Part shown: in pieces, positions 38,361 to 47,692 of the stretch | Layout: every line of letters starts with the position of its first letter | Position numbering within the stretch: position 1 is the stretch's first letter | Translations under genes and position numbers: made by a program | Notes under the pieces: model-generated | Told to the model about the DNA's origin: nothing | Databases searched by the model: none | The model's input: only the letters and a program-made list of their open reading frames with translations | Virus record (IMG/VR): IMGVR_UViG_3300005805_000090 | Location: 1-62,426 of that record | DNA: 62,426 bases | Source: a virus | Taxonomy: Duplodnaviria > Caudoviricetes | Strand: one strand, 5' to 3'

Positions 38361-39352
38361 GCTTCCTCCTCCTCTTCGGTTACACCAAACTTCTTGGCCT
38401 GTTCTACGATTTGATTGAAGTTGTATCCAGCAGCCTCAATCTCTGCACGAACCTCCTCATTCTTCTTGGTGATGTTATCACCCTTGGCATATCGGGAAAC
38501 TACTCGACTCCACTTGGCAACTTGTGACTTCACTGAGTCGGAGTAGTCGCGTGGCTCGTCAAAGTCGTACAGGAACTTGAGGTAGTTTGAATACTCGATG
38601 CCAAAGTTTTTCTTGAACTTGCCGTCCTCGACTACGATTAGTTTCTCAAGCGGTGGGCGGGTGCTTGCTGAGTAGTAGTGGCTGATTGCCGCAAGGTCAG
38701 CGAGGTATTCCTGTTCGAGGTCAGCGGTAGGCTCATACTGAAAGCACATCATTCGGAGGTCATCCTTGCAGATGTATACTAACTCTCCGTTCAGGCCGAG
38801 TCCTTTCATGTAGTGGAAGAGCTGAAGTCTGTGATGCTTGATGGGTTTCTCGGTCTTTTCCATCATGTCCATAACGAATGACGAGCAAGACTTAATCTCT
38901 AGCACTTTCTTCTCTAGTTCCTTGTCACCGAACTTCTCATATAATTTCTCCGCTATGTAAAGGGAGGATGCTTGGATGGATTCGGGAAGGTGAGACGAGG
39001 TGATGTCTTGCTTGGCACGCTCGATGTCGATGCGACCTCCGGCTAAGAAGTCCAATCGACCCGACACCTTGAGCATATTCGGGTACTCGACCATAACACG
39101 TTCTTGTGTATTGTTGATGAGGCCGGCACGTTCAAGGACGTAGCGAACCACCCACTCGACAAGGTTGCCCGCCTCGAACTTGCGGAGGCTTCTCATGTTG
39201 GGTGGGTTGGTAGGTTTGACCGCCTTCATCTTGAGGTATCGGTCAACAAGGGGCTGACCGATTTCTGATGCATAGCAGTAGTCGCGTGGCTCAAGCTCAC
39301 GCTGTTGGGAATAAACGCATTCATTCCATAGTTGTTGGAGATTCCAATTCAT
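38357..39352 (-). CDS. PD-(D/E)xK Cas4-like exonuclease
   Basis: YASEIG, SGRLDFL, LEIKS, QLFHYM motifs. Confidence 0.8.
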   Translation of the reverse strand: MNWNLQQLWNECVYSQQRELEPRDYCYASEIGQPLVDRYLKMKAVKPTNPPNMRSLRKFEAGNLVEWVVRYVLERAGLINNTQERVMVEYPNMLKVSGRLDFLAGGRIDIERAKQDITSSHLPESIQASSLYIAEKLYEKFGDKELEKKVLEIKSCSSFVMDMMEKTEKPIKHHRLQLFHYMKGLGLNGELVYICKDDLRMMCFQYEPTADLEQEYLADLAAISHYYSASTRPPLEKLIVVEDGKFKKNFGIEYSNYLKFLYDFDEPRDYSDSVKSQVAKWSRVVSRYAKGDNITKKNEEVRAEIEAAGYNFNQIVEQAKKFGVTEEEEEA

Positions 39353-39988
39353 GTTCTTGTGTTATTTCATTTATAAATTGTAAGTTGTGTTCATTGCAGA
39401 ACTCCTCAGCCACGCGAGGATTCTCGATGAGCATATACATCATCCCGTTGGGCTTCAGATTCATGTTTCGCCAATAATTCCATGCGCCAGGATATGTACC
39501 GAACGCGACGATGTTGCCAGTCAGGTCAGGGTTTATCGATATAACCCAATGCGTGGCTTTGATTTGATTTTCCATGTTCACAGCGTTATTGTGTTAGCGT
39601 GATTACGACGTTGTCTTTATCGAGCTGTGGACACCCGTTCTCGTCGAACCTAGTGTGGTATCCATCCTTCATACATCGTTGTACGATTGATGTATCGAAT
39701 TTCCCATAAAGGTTTATGCATCCTGAATATACGCTAATCTTGTAGAATGCATTATCGCCAAATAGCTCGACGATTTTACTAACTTTTTCTAAATTATTTT
39801 TCATCTCGTTGAATGTTAAAAAAGATTGATTTGATTTCGTTGGGGATTTGTTTGAGCAGTCGCCCGCTCGATTTGTAGTTGGGTGATACCTTGCCTATAT
39901 ACTTCACGTTCTTGCCTACGATTGCATAAACATCACGCGAATGTTTGACAACTTCATACCCATCTTTGGTTTTAAATAATCTTGTCAT
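39321..39988 (-). CDS. Three small hypothetical proteins (39321-39581, 39586-39804, 39794-39988)
   Basis: Tightly packed ORFs behind a TATATTTG promoter at 39997-40004. Confidence 0.6.
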
Positions 39989-40036
39989 GTAGTTTGCAAA
40001 TATAGTAAAACGTCCATGATATCAGCTATTTCCATA

Positions 40037-40357
40037 TTAATTAAGACTAATTAACTCCTCCGCGAACACCTCTGCAAGCACATCTGCGAGGTCGGCCTCT
40101 TCGGATCTGCTGAGTAGTCTCCGGAATAAACGAGCATCAACCCACCATATATCGTCGGTCTTCTCGTCGTTCATTCCACAGGCGGGACACTTTGTGAACG
40201 GCCTGTCACTTTTAATTCCAACGTCAACGTAGAAGAGGCACCCGCACGAATTGCGTTGCAACTTGTGCGCGGTGTATACCTCTCCTTTTTTGACGATTCC
40301 TTGTGAGTGGTCTTTGATGCAGACGATGTCGTCGCCTGCTCGGTAGTCTATTATCAT
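40037..40357 (-). CDS. Zn-ribbon-containing hypothetical protein
   Basis: GDDIVCI, CGC, CPACG motifs. Confidence 0.65.
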   Translation of the reverse strand: MIIDYRAGDDIVCIKDHSQGIVKKGEVYTAHKLQRNSCGCLFYVDVGIKSDRPFTKCPACGMNDEKTDDIWWVDARLFRRLLSRSEEADLADVLAEVFAEELISLN

Positions 40358-40405
40358 TTGTCAATATCTTTTAAGAGCCACATCATGAATCTGAATGCTA
40401 TGTAA

Positions 40406-41369
40406 TCAATACCTCGTTTCATGGCTCACTAGTTTATTGATTCGTTCCTGTGCCGCGTTGAACGCCTCAAGGAATTCCTCCCTTGTTATGAACTCAAAGC
40501 CATCGTAGTTGGCCTTGACTCTTTCTATTTCGGCGTCCACGTCCTTCATGTCTGTGCCTATCGGGTCAATGTTGATGGTATGGATTCCGAACCAATTCCA
40601 AATCTTGATATCGTGACCTGAGGTTGTTATCATCCCGTAGGCGGGCTGTCTCTTGTAATCAGAAACGTGTTTGTAGTAAATGGACTCCTCGATTTGTGGC
40701 GTCTCATCTTCTTTGTAGTGTCCATCATCCCAAGGATTGGACAACTTCCATGCGTCGTAGCCTTCAATGTTCATATGTATTATTGTTTTACTTTGTTAAT
40801 TCGATGTCTAGTTGATACTCGTCTATTGCCTCGTTGCTGTCGTCATCTACCTCGAACCTGTCCATGTAGGAGAAAGCATTGAGGTAGTCTCCGAATTGAT
40901 TGTATGCGTACACGGAAACGAATCCGTCCTCGTCATCCTCCACCACCCGAAGGATTACCTTTGAGTGTGGAGCGTCTTTGGCCAGTCCCTTCATGAAGGA
41001 ACCGAAGCTAGTGTTGTGGAATCTTGAATCAAGCATTGGTTATTGATTTTTGAGTTGATATACTTTTTCGTTGAATGCCTTTAGGCCATCCTTGTCGGAC
41101 TGCAATCGTTTGAGCATTTGTTCTTTCATGTTGAATGCTCCGATGATTAGCTCCATCATTTCGCCGTCCATGGAGTGTATATCCTTCCATGCGCGAGACT
41201 CTGTGTCTTTGAGGTCAGCCGCGATTTGGATGTTGTGCAGGTGAGTGTACCCGTCGTCGGCAAAGCCCGTGAATTCATTCATGTCCCCTCCCTGCTCTAG
41301 GTGGCTGAGGAGTCTGCTCGCGTCATCAATAATGAACAGGAGCCGTCTTCTGATTTCGTGATAATTCAT
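40406..41369 (-). CDS. Three early hypothetical proteins (40406-40774, 40788-41036, 41040-41369)
   Basis: ORFs with A-rich leaders; TACTTTTG promoter at 41392-41399; YDAWKLSNP motif in the first. Confidence 0.6.
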
Positions 41370-41440
41370 TTGAATAGTTATTTATAGGGTTCAAAAGTAT
41401 ATTGAAGTTTAAATTTGAAATGCCAACAAATGTTAACTAA

Positions 41441-41719
41441 CTATTGAGCACATAAGCCCCAAGGTTCGATTGATTTGATATTGGAGCGGGTGATGCCTAG
41501 CTCGCGGCAAATGGTGCGGGCTATTGCCTTCCTATTGCTTTCCAATCTGAGGTCGCACGGAAGGTTCAATCCTGCCGCATGAATGATGTCTCTAGGTTGC
41601 ATACCTAGTACTCGATGGCAGAATTTAACATCCTGTCCGAGGTAGAAGTTTTTGCCGTAGGCGTTGAGTGTCCAATCGTGTCCGAAGCCGTAGCTTCCTG
41701 TTGTTACTGAAATTGTCAT
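41441..41719 (-). CDS. Early hypothetical protein (FYLGQDVKFCHRVLG family)
   Basis: 92-aa ORF. Confidence 0.65.
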   Translation of the reverse strand: MTISVTTGSYGFGHDWTLNAYGKNFYLGQDVKFCHRVLGMQPRDIIHAAGLNLPCDLRLESNRKAIARTICRELGITRSNIKSIEPWGLCAQ

Positions 41720-41813
41720 TGTATTGTGATTTAAGTTGTTTCATAGGTAAGGGGAGTGCGAGCCGTTGCCGCTCCTCCCCTCTCGTTGCATTACGAGCCC
41801 TGCGATGCAGGAG

Positions 41814-41858
41814 AACATGGCGGGGGAATCGAACCCCCGCTTGCTCCATAGCCATGTT
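41814..41858 (-). ncRNA. Mini tRNA-elbow-like element
   Basis: AACATGG-CTATGGAGCAA-GCGGGG GTTCGATT CCCCCG-CCATGTT. Confidence 0.55.
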
Positions 41859-41863
41859 GGTTT

Positions 41864-42820
41864 CTATTGTTCTCTTGAATCTAATTCGTTAACGACCTCG
41901 TCGATTTGCTCATGCACCATGAGGCAGATATCTTCCTGAGAGTCGAATGCGTGTCTGTAATCGTTTGTCAACATTCCGAGGATAGTTGATAGTGCGGCAA
42001 GCCGTTCTTCGAGCGTGTTAATGCTCATGGCCTTGAGTCGTTGAGTTGTTGTGTTTACCATTTGAGTTGTTATTAATGATGAGGTTCGGTTGAAGTTGTC
42101 GGTGCGATGAAGAATAAGATATCAGGGTATGTGCTTCTGTATCTTTCTAGCATCTCTTGTGCGGTGGCTTTATCGAGGCCGCTCGTGTGTACCATGCTCT
42201 CTTCCCATAGAGACCATGTTTCTACCTTGTTGCTCATTGGAAATCGTTGTATTGAAATTGGTTCGTATTGATGTAGTTGATTATTTCCTCGCGGTATGCA
42301 TATTCAATCTTCCCTCCTTCAGGAGTGAACAGGGTGAACATTGCGCGGCCTGTATCGACGTCCTCGCCCTCGTATACTACAGAGCCATCGTCCTGCATTT
42401 CGCGGAATTTAATTTCAGCAGTAATTTGCTGTGCGGCAAGCATTGCTAGAAAAAATAGTGTTTTCATTTTGTTATTGTTTTAATAGTTATAACCCATTGC
42501 AAGGTCTTGTTTGTATTCGAAGTATTCCACGGCTTGTTTAGTATTCATACTGAATACTTGTCGGCTTAGTGGATAGTAGATGCACTCAGCGCCTTTCTTG
42601 ATTACTGCACCGCTCTCAGCGCAGATGCAGTTGAATTTTGCGTGTATCACGCGGGGGTCGTTCTTGTACATTGTTGTTATGAATTAAGGTTGTCGATTTC
42701 GCTTTCGTCAAGGTAGATTACTAGGCCGTTGTCTAGCTTAATCCAATTTTCACCTGCGCTGTAGATGGTGCGGCCTACCAACATCTCGATGGCTTCCGCT
42801 GTGAGTTTTGCTGTTGTCAT
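41864..42820 (-). CDS. Small early proteins (41864-42061, 42234-42467, 42480-42671, 42677-42820)
   Basis: Packed ORFs with AACA-rich leaders; 42677-42820 (MTTAKLTAEA..., 47 aa) is not in the ORF track. Confidence 0.6.
42073..42237 (-). pseudogene. Frameshifted small gene or sequencing error
   Basis: ATGA-coupled start MSNKVETWSLWE; a plausible product continues in the +1 frame (MVHTSGLDKATAQEMLERY...). Confidence 0.35.
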
Positions 42821-42837
42821 GTTACTGTATTTTTATT

Positions 42838-42896
42838 GGTAAAGACCACAGGGACAAGCCCCATGGTTTCGGCTACTGAAGCCTCATCAGTCTACC
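42838..42896 (-). ncRNA. Type I hammerhead ribozyme
   Basis: GGTAGA-CTGATGA-GGCT(TCAGT)AGCC-GAAA-CCATGGGG(CTTGT)CCCTGTGG-TC-TTTACC: complete core, three stems, GUC triplet. Confidence 0.9.
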
Positions 42897-43246
42897 TTCT
42901 CGTACACGGACTCGACGTAGTCCATGAACTTGCTGTACCCTACTCTTACGACATCTTTCTGCGCTGTTGTCTCAGCACGTCTAGCACGTTCGCGGGCTTC
43001 TACATACCAATCGACTAGTAGCTTATTGTCGGCCTCGGTCTCTGCACCGAAACTCATAACGTGTGAGTCGTTGTACCGAAGTTGCAGCACCATTTGCAGC
43101 GGCAGGTCTTTGGTGAATGTCGCTAGCCTTACGCTGTACGTTAACTCGAAGCCGTCGTCGGAGCGTATACCGTTGTAGTCGGCTGACTCGTGGATGTGGG
43201 TGAAGTTGATGCGGCTGAGCGCATCGATAAAGTTCTGTGTTGTCAT
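42887..43246 (-). CDS. Early hypothetical protein
   Basis: Its TGA stop lies in the hammerhead CTGATGA core. Confidence 0.65.
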   Translation of the reverse strand: MTTQNFIDALSRINFTHIHESADYNGIRSDDGFELTYSVRLATFTKDLPLQMVLQLRYNDSHVMSFGAETEADNKLLVDWYVEARERARRAETTAQKDVVRVGYSKFMDYVESVYEKVD

Positions 43247-43258
43247 TGTTATTGAGTT

Positions 43259-43426
43259 TTAATTGTTTGAATGGTGTCCGTATACTTTATAGAAGCACTC
43301 TTCGCAGTCAGCGTCCGTGCCTTCAGTCTGCTGTACACATTCGTACAGCAGGACTTCCTTGTCGAGGGAAGAGCCAACCCACAGCCCCGCTGTGAGTATA
43401 GCTATAAAGATGATTGCTTTTTTCAT
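43259..43426 (-). CDS. 55-aa membrane/secreted Cys-containing protein (not in ORF track)
   Basis: MKKAIIFIAILTAGLWVG...CEECFYK; ATGA-coupled. Confidence 0.6.
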   Translation of the reverse strand: MKKAIIFIAILTAGLWVGSSLDKEVLLYECVQQTEGTDADCEECFYKVYGHHSNN

Positions 43427-43964
43427 TGTTCTCCGTATTTAGATTTCAATGTGTAGTAGTCGTATGCGTTCTCCGTGTACATATCGCATAACGTTTCCTC
43501 TTCGAGGTAGAATCGCTCGACCTCTTGTCCGTAATAGATTCGCATCACGAAGTCGTGAAGCGAAGGGAAGATGATGGCCTCGCCGTCCTTGATATAGACG
43601 TGTATAGCGTTGCCGTTGTTGTCGTGGCGAACCTCGTATAACTCGTCCGCTTTTTGAAGATGCTCGTTGTGTATCATATTGATTAGTTGTTATTGATTAA
43701 TATTTTGCTTTCGTTTGTGCATTCATACCATTGGCCGTCGTGCTTCTCATACCACTCGCCCTCGTCTTCATAGTCCCACTCAGTATAGCAGTAGGCGTCG
43801 TCGTCGTATGCCTCGTCGAGGTCGGCATAGCCAATCTCGATAGCGTAGCGTTCAGCGTCCTCCTCGTCAATGAAGTACATGAGGCTCTCTTCGAATAGGT
43901 ATCCCTCATTCATACCCTCGTTTGTGGCGGAGCATATCCGCGCAAATCTTTCTGTTGTTTCCAT
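43423..43964 (-). CDS. Two acidic early proteins (43423-43677, 43683-43964)
   Basis: High D/E/Y content. Confidence 0.65.
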
Positions 43965-43975
43965 GTTGTGTTATG

Positions 43976-44562
43976 ATTTAGAAACAGGGGCAGGAGTCGA
44001 ACCCGCCCTTGCACCATGCCTGTTTAGATGATTGAATAAACCGCGTGATTTGCGATGGCTTGCGCCGTGAGACGTGCATAGGTTGCTCGTTGAGTCTCAG
44101 TGCCAGCATCCTGTGGCTCAGGAAGGTCGATGACCTTATCGAGGTCGACTGAGTAGATAGCACGTTGGCGGTTGTGAATGCCGAATTCAGCGGCCTCCTC
44201 GATAGTATCGAAGTAACGGCTAACGTCTAGCACTAGCTTTCCGCCTTCCCACCAACCGCCAATGTAGTTGTCATCCTGCTCTAGCATAAGGCCGTTGGTT
44301 GCAATGAAGTCACGAACGTGCTGTGCAATCATTTCAGCCTGCAAATGCCGCTTGTAGCGAATAAATGAGACGGGAAGGTCAGCAATGTACTCGCGTCCAT
44401 AAACCGACGCAAATGCGCCTGTGGTTGGTACGTCGTGAGTAAGGTGGTAAGTAGCCCCGTTGCCCGCAACGAGGGACTCGACAAAAGTGTTGAGGTTCAT
44501 ATGATATTGAAATTTAGAAACAGGAGCGGGAATCGAACCCGCTCTTGCACCATGCCTGTTTA
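43976..44562 (-). repeat. 51-bp direct repeats (43976-44026, 44512-44562) forming T-arm-like hairpins and flanking one gene
   Basis: 47/51 identical; the differences preserve pairing. Confidence 0.85.
44024..44500 (-). CDS. Conserved phage early protein (GxW...LDVS...Q.AIY family)
   Basis: Start revised to MNLNTF (44500). Confidence 0.65.
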   Translation of the reverse strand: MNLNTFVESLVAGNGATYHLTHDVPTTGAFASVYGREYIADLPVSFIRYKRHLQAEMIAQHVRDFIATNGLMLEQDDNYIGGWWEGGKLVLDVSRYFDTIEEAAEFGIHNRQRAIYSVDLDKVIDLPEPQDAGTETQRATYARLTAQAIANHAVYSII

Positions 44563-44805
44563 AATGCCGTGGAATAACTGCCCGTCGTTGAACCATGGCT
44601 GATATTCACCATGGTCGGCAATCATGTCGTCTAGTTCGTAGAAGTCAGTAGTCGCGGCCAATTTCATTTCATGGCACACTGCGATGACTGGGTGTTCGTC
44701 ACCTCGTGTCGGATGCTCGTAGAACTCGATGAGTTGACCTGCATCGTTAATCATTTCGCCGTACTTGGTTGGCTCAAGAGCCATGAGTTTTGTGTAGTTT
44801 AACAT
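44560..44805 (-). CDS. First early protein (IEFYEHPTRGDE family)
   Basis: First ORF after the long structured leader. Confidence 0.65.
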   Translation of the reverse strand: MLNYTKLMALEPTKYGEMINDAGQLIEFYEHPTRGDEHPVIAVCHEMKLAATTDFYELDDMIADHGEYQPWFNDGQLFHGI

Positions 44806-44826
44806 TGCTGTATGTATTAAAGATTA

Positions 44827-45282
44827 GAACAACGCGGGGACTCGAACCCCGTGCGATATTGGCGACCTCAGTCATCCAATATTGCCGCGCCTTGCGTCGT
44901 TGCTATAGTTGTTTAATTTGCGGCACGTTTGCCTTTGCGAGCAGTCACGTTGTTAGTGTTAACTGCTCCCCACATTACTGCGGGACTTGTATTGCGCTGT
45001 TGCGCTTTTTTTCGGGCCATAGCGGTACTCCGTTTGTTACTCCCATGCTATTTGCACGGCTCTGGCAAGTTTTACCCGTAGCTCCTAACCTTGCTACTAA
45101 CTGGTTGCCGAATGTTGTCGGCTATTTGCGGGCTTGCTCCCGTCGCGTCGTCGCCTTCGCGCTTACCCTTTTTTGATTGTCGCAGTAAGGGAATCAAAAC
45201 TGCTAGCTATCTTTCAACTTTCACAGGCCTCACGGGCTACTACTCGCTACGGGTGATTTGAGCACTCCGTTGTTCCGTTGAA
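44827..45282 (-). ncRNA. ~450-nt structured non-coding leader ending in a tRNA-like domain
   Basis: TATCTTTG promoter at 45288-45295; no credible - strand ORF; long-range 9-bp helix 45246-45254/45074-45082; many hairpins; 3' T-arm. Confidence 0.55.
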
Positions 45283-46179
45283 CGGCGCAAAGATATGGGC
45301 AAGTGATTGTTTCAATGCAAATTTTAAAAACCTTTTAAAACACCTGTGTTTACAGGGCATTCAAAAATGCGACCTTCTGAAACCCGCGCCAAATCAGACT
45401 AAAAGTAGATTGCAACTTTTTTTTAAATTATTTTCAGTTTTTGAGGAATGACGCGGGTTGTAGAGCGAAAATTTTTTTTAAAAAAGTTGCATTTTTCTTG
45501 GAAGCCGCGTAAACATTGACTATCTTTGTAAGCAATAGTGCTAAAAGCAGCGTCAGTATTGAGATACAGGCCGGCGGGAGAAAGTCAAAAATGGGCGTTT
45601 TAGGTATGGTCGCTAGCTGTTGTAGAGGGTAGGAAACAGGCCAAAAGGCCAAACACACAGCAAACGCTCTGAAACGCAAGCACAGCGCGGGATTGAAGGA
45701 ATTTGTTATTAAATGGCATAACTTCTCGGAAACGCAGTTCACAGGATATCAGATAGGGTAAAACAAGCAAGCCAACAGCAGGCAATCAGGCAGGTCATGC
45801 GCGGGCAAATCCACAGCGAATCCTCCTAGGTAATACACAGACAAGAGAGAGACAAGCAAAGAGCAATAACAGCACTCATGCGCGCTCGCACATTAGGCCA
45901 ACCACAACTGAGGTTACCCCAACCAAAAAGCACAAGCATTGCTTGCATCGCAGTATTGGCGCGGGTTTCAGGCAGTTTCTGTGGCGTTGGATGACTATTG
46001 CGAGCGGGTTGTTTGGGCGGCATGGGGTGCATGAATGAGCAGGATATAACGTGCTTAAAACTAACACGTTGGTGCTTTAATGCAAAGTGGTTGATTATCA
46101 GTAGGTTAGTCTACTTTCTCCACGGGGCGGAGACAAGTTTACCCGCGCAGTGGGCAGGGCTGTTCATGGCGGCAGGTCG

Positions 46180-46214
46180 GCAGGATATCGGGGCGCAGGA
46201 TATCGGGGCGCAGG
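46180..46214 (+). repeat. Tandem 15-bp repeat GCAGGATATCGGGGC x2.3
   Basis: Read directly from the sequence. Confidence 0.9.
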
Positions 46215-46473
46215 TCGTCGCGCTGTTAGCTGTGCAAGATAGCAGGCAGGTTGTGCGGCAATACAACTCGTCATCAGGTTGTAGTATTACACAACGCTAC
46301 AGCCCGCATTGTTCCACGCTTGCACTGCTATGTTCCACGATATCTATCTTACTGATAGTCAATGAGTCATATATTGGCGGCACAATGAACGTAACTGACT
46401 GATAATCAACCCCACCCCTTTTGCCAAATCGACTTCGGGAAGGGGACAGGGCAGAGGCTGTGGGGGGAGGGAC

Positions 46474-46550
46474 CCCAACCATTCTGAGTTTATGGAATGT
46501 TAAACCCAACCAAAGTGAGTTTATAAATTCCCCAACCGTTCTGAGTTTAT
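46474..46550 (+). repeat. Three 20-bp direct repeats CCCAACCnnnnTGAGTTTAT
   Basis: 46474-46493, 46505-46524, 46531-46550. Confidence 0.9.
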
Positions 46551-46588
46551 AGATTTTCGATAAACTTTGTATAAATGACGATCTTGCA

Positions 46589-46596
46589 TATATTTG
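46589..46596 (+). promoter_or_regulatory. Bacteroidota -7 promoter element TATATTTG for the basic-protein operon
   Basis: TTTG about 19 nt upstream; ATG at 46606. Confidence 0.7.
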
Positions 46597-46605
46597 TAAA
46601 AAATA

Positions 46606-47397
46606 ATGGCCATGGACGCGTCGAAAGACTATTCGGATAATATGTTTGGTGCAAGCTACGTGAGTCAGTTCTTGAAGAAGAAAAAGAAGAAGGACCAGGA
46701 GGTTAGCATGAGTTGCAGCGAACATGGCTGCGCGGCGTATGAGTCTGGTGGTGGTGGATCGGATGCTGGTTCTAGCAGGTATAAGCAGAAGGATTCATCC
46801 GGTCCGAAGGGGGAGAAGTCAAAGGTTCTTAGCAAGAAGGAGGCGGATAAGAGGGCGAAGGAGTTTGAGGAGAACCGAAGGAAGGCGTCTCAAAGAACCA
46901 CTATGTTTGATATAGAGAAATCAAAATTCTGATAAATAAATGAATACACCATCAAGCGGACGCGCAGGACGCGTTGAAAAAAGAGCGATAAAGACGCTGG
47001 GAAAGGCTCAGAAGACTTGGTCTAAAGCTGAGGCTACACGTAAGTCGGCGGAGGATAGCAAGGTTTTGTCTAAGGGCGGTCGTGATCTCGCGATGGCTAA
47101 GGCTGAACAGTTGTATGGTAAGGCCGCTCGTCAAGAGAGTCGTGCTAGAAACAAGATGGACAAGGCTAAATACTTAGCTGACAAGAAGAGTAACGCTAAG
47201 CCAGGCCAGGTTGGTCGTTTAACGAAGAAGGGGTAATGAAGTACGCATCACAGGACTTTAGGGATAATATGTTTGGAAGGTATTCTCCTGCCAATCAAAT
47301 CGTCAAGAACAAGGCGAGGAAGGCCCAGGAGGAGTTGGAGGCTAAGATTCTTGAGGAGTCTGAGAAGGACGAACACGAGTGTAACTGTAAAAAGTAA
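46606..47397 (+). CDS. Three small charged proteins (46606-46932, 46940-47236, 47236-47397)
   Basis: Lys-rich; first and third share ASxD(Y/F)xDNMFG; the third is not in the ORF track. Confidence 0.65.
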
Positions 47398-47402
47398 GAA
47401 AT

Positions 47403-47692
47403 ATGAAATCAAAATCACACCCAGGCTTCAAGTCTGTACAGAGTAAGATTGCGAAAAAGCAGGGAATTAGTAAGGAACGTGCGGGGGCTATCTTGGCTTC
47501 TGCTGCTCGTAAGGCTAGTCCTGCCGCGAAGAAGGCCAACCCTATGTTGAAGAAGGTTAAGGCTAAGAAGTAATGGCAAAGTCGTTAGGTACATCGGTTA
47601 AGACGACCTTTGGTAAGAGAAAGGATGGGAAGGCGATAAAGCGCAGGTCCCCGAAGGATAAAAATGTAAAACCAACAAGAGGACAGGGATGA
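47403..47692 (+). CDS. Two very basic peptides (47403-47573 MKSKSHPGFK..., 47573-47692 ...PTRGQG)
   Basis: TAATG/ATGA coupling; K/R-rich; not in ORF track. Confidence 0.7.

Larger units (their letters stand above)
45300..46560. promoter_or_regulatory. Non-coding control region between divergent operons (candidate genome end / packaging region)
   Basis: No credible ORFs; CCCGCG motifs, IHF-consensus-like sites, tandem and iteron-like repeats. Confidence 0.55.

Noticed and set aside
38357-39352. Cas4 as evidence of a CRISPR system
   Set aside because: Stand-alone PD-(D/E)xK nuclease in a recombination context; no Fe-S Cys cluster and no array.
41745-41812. Twister or HDV/theta ribozyme downstream of the mini tRNA-like element
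   Set aside because: Three hairpins are present, but I could not fit the required pseudoknots or catalytic residues; left as unassigned structure.
44790-46725. ORF-track ORFs in the leader and control region (e.g. 44790-45176, 45434-45742, 45998-46402)
   Set aside because: Atypical composition, no leaders, overlap with repeats and RNA structure; likely spurious.
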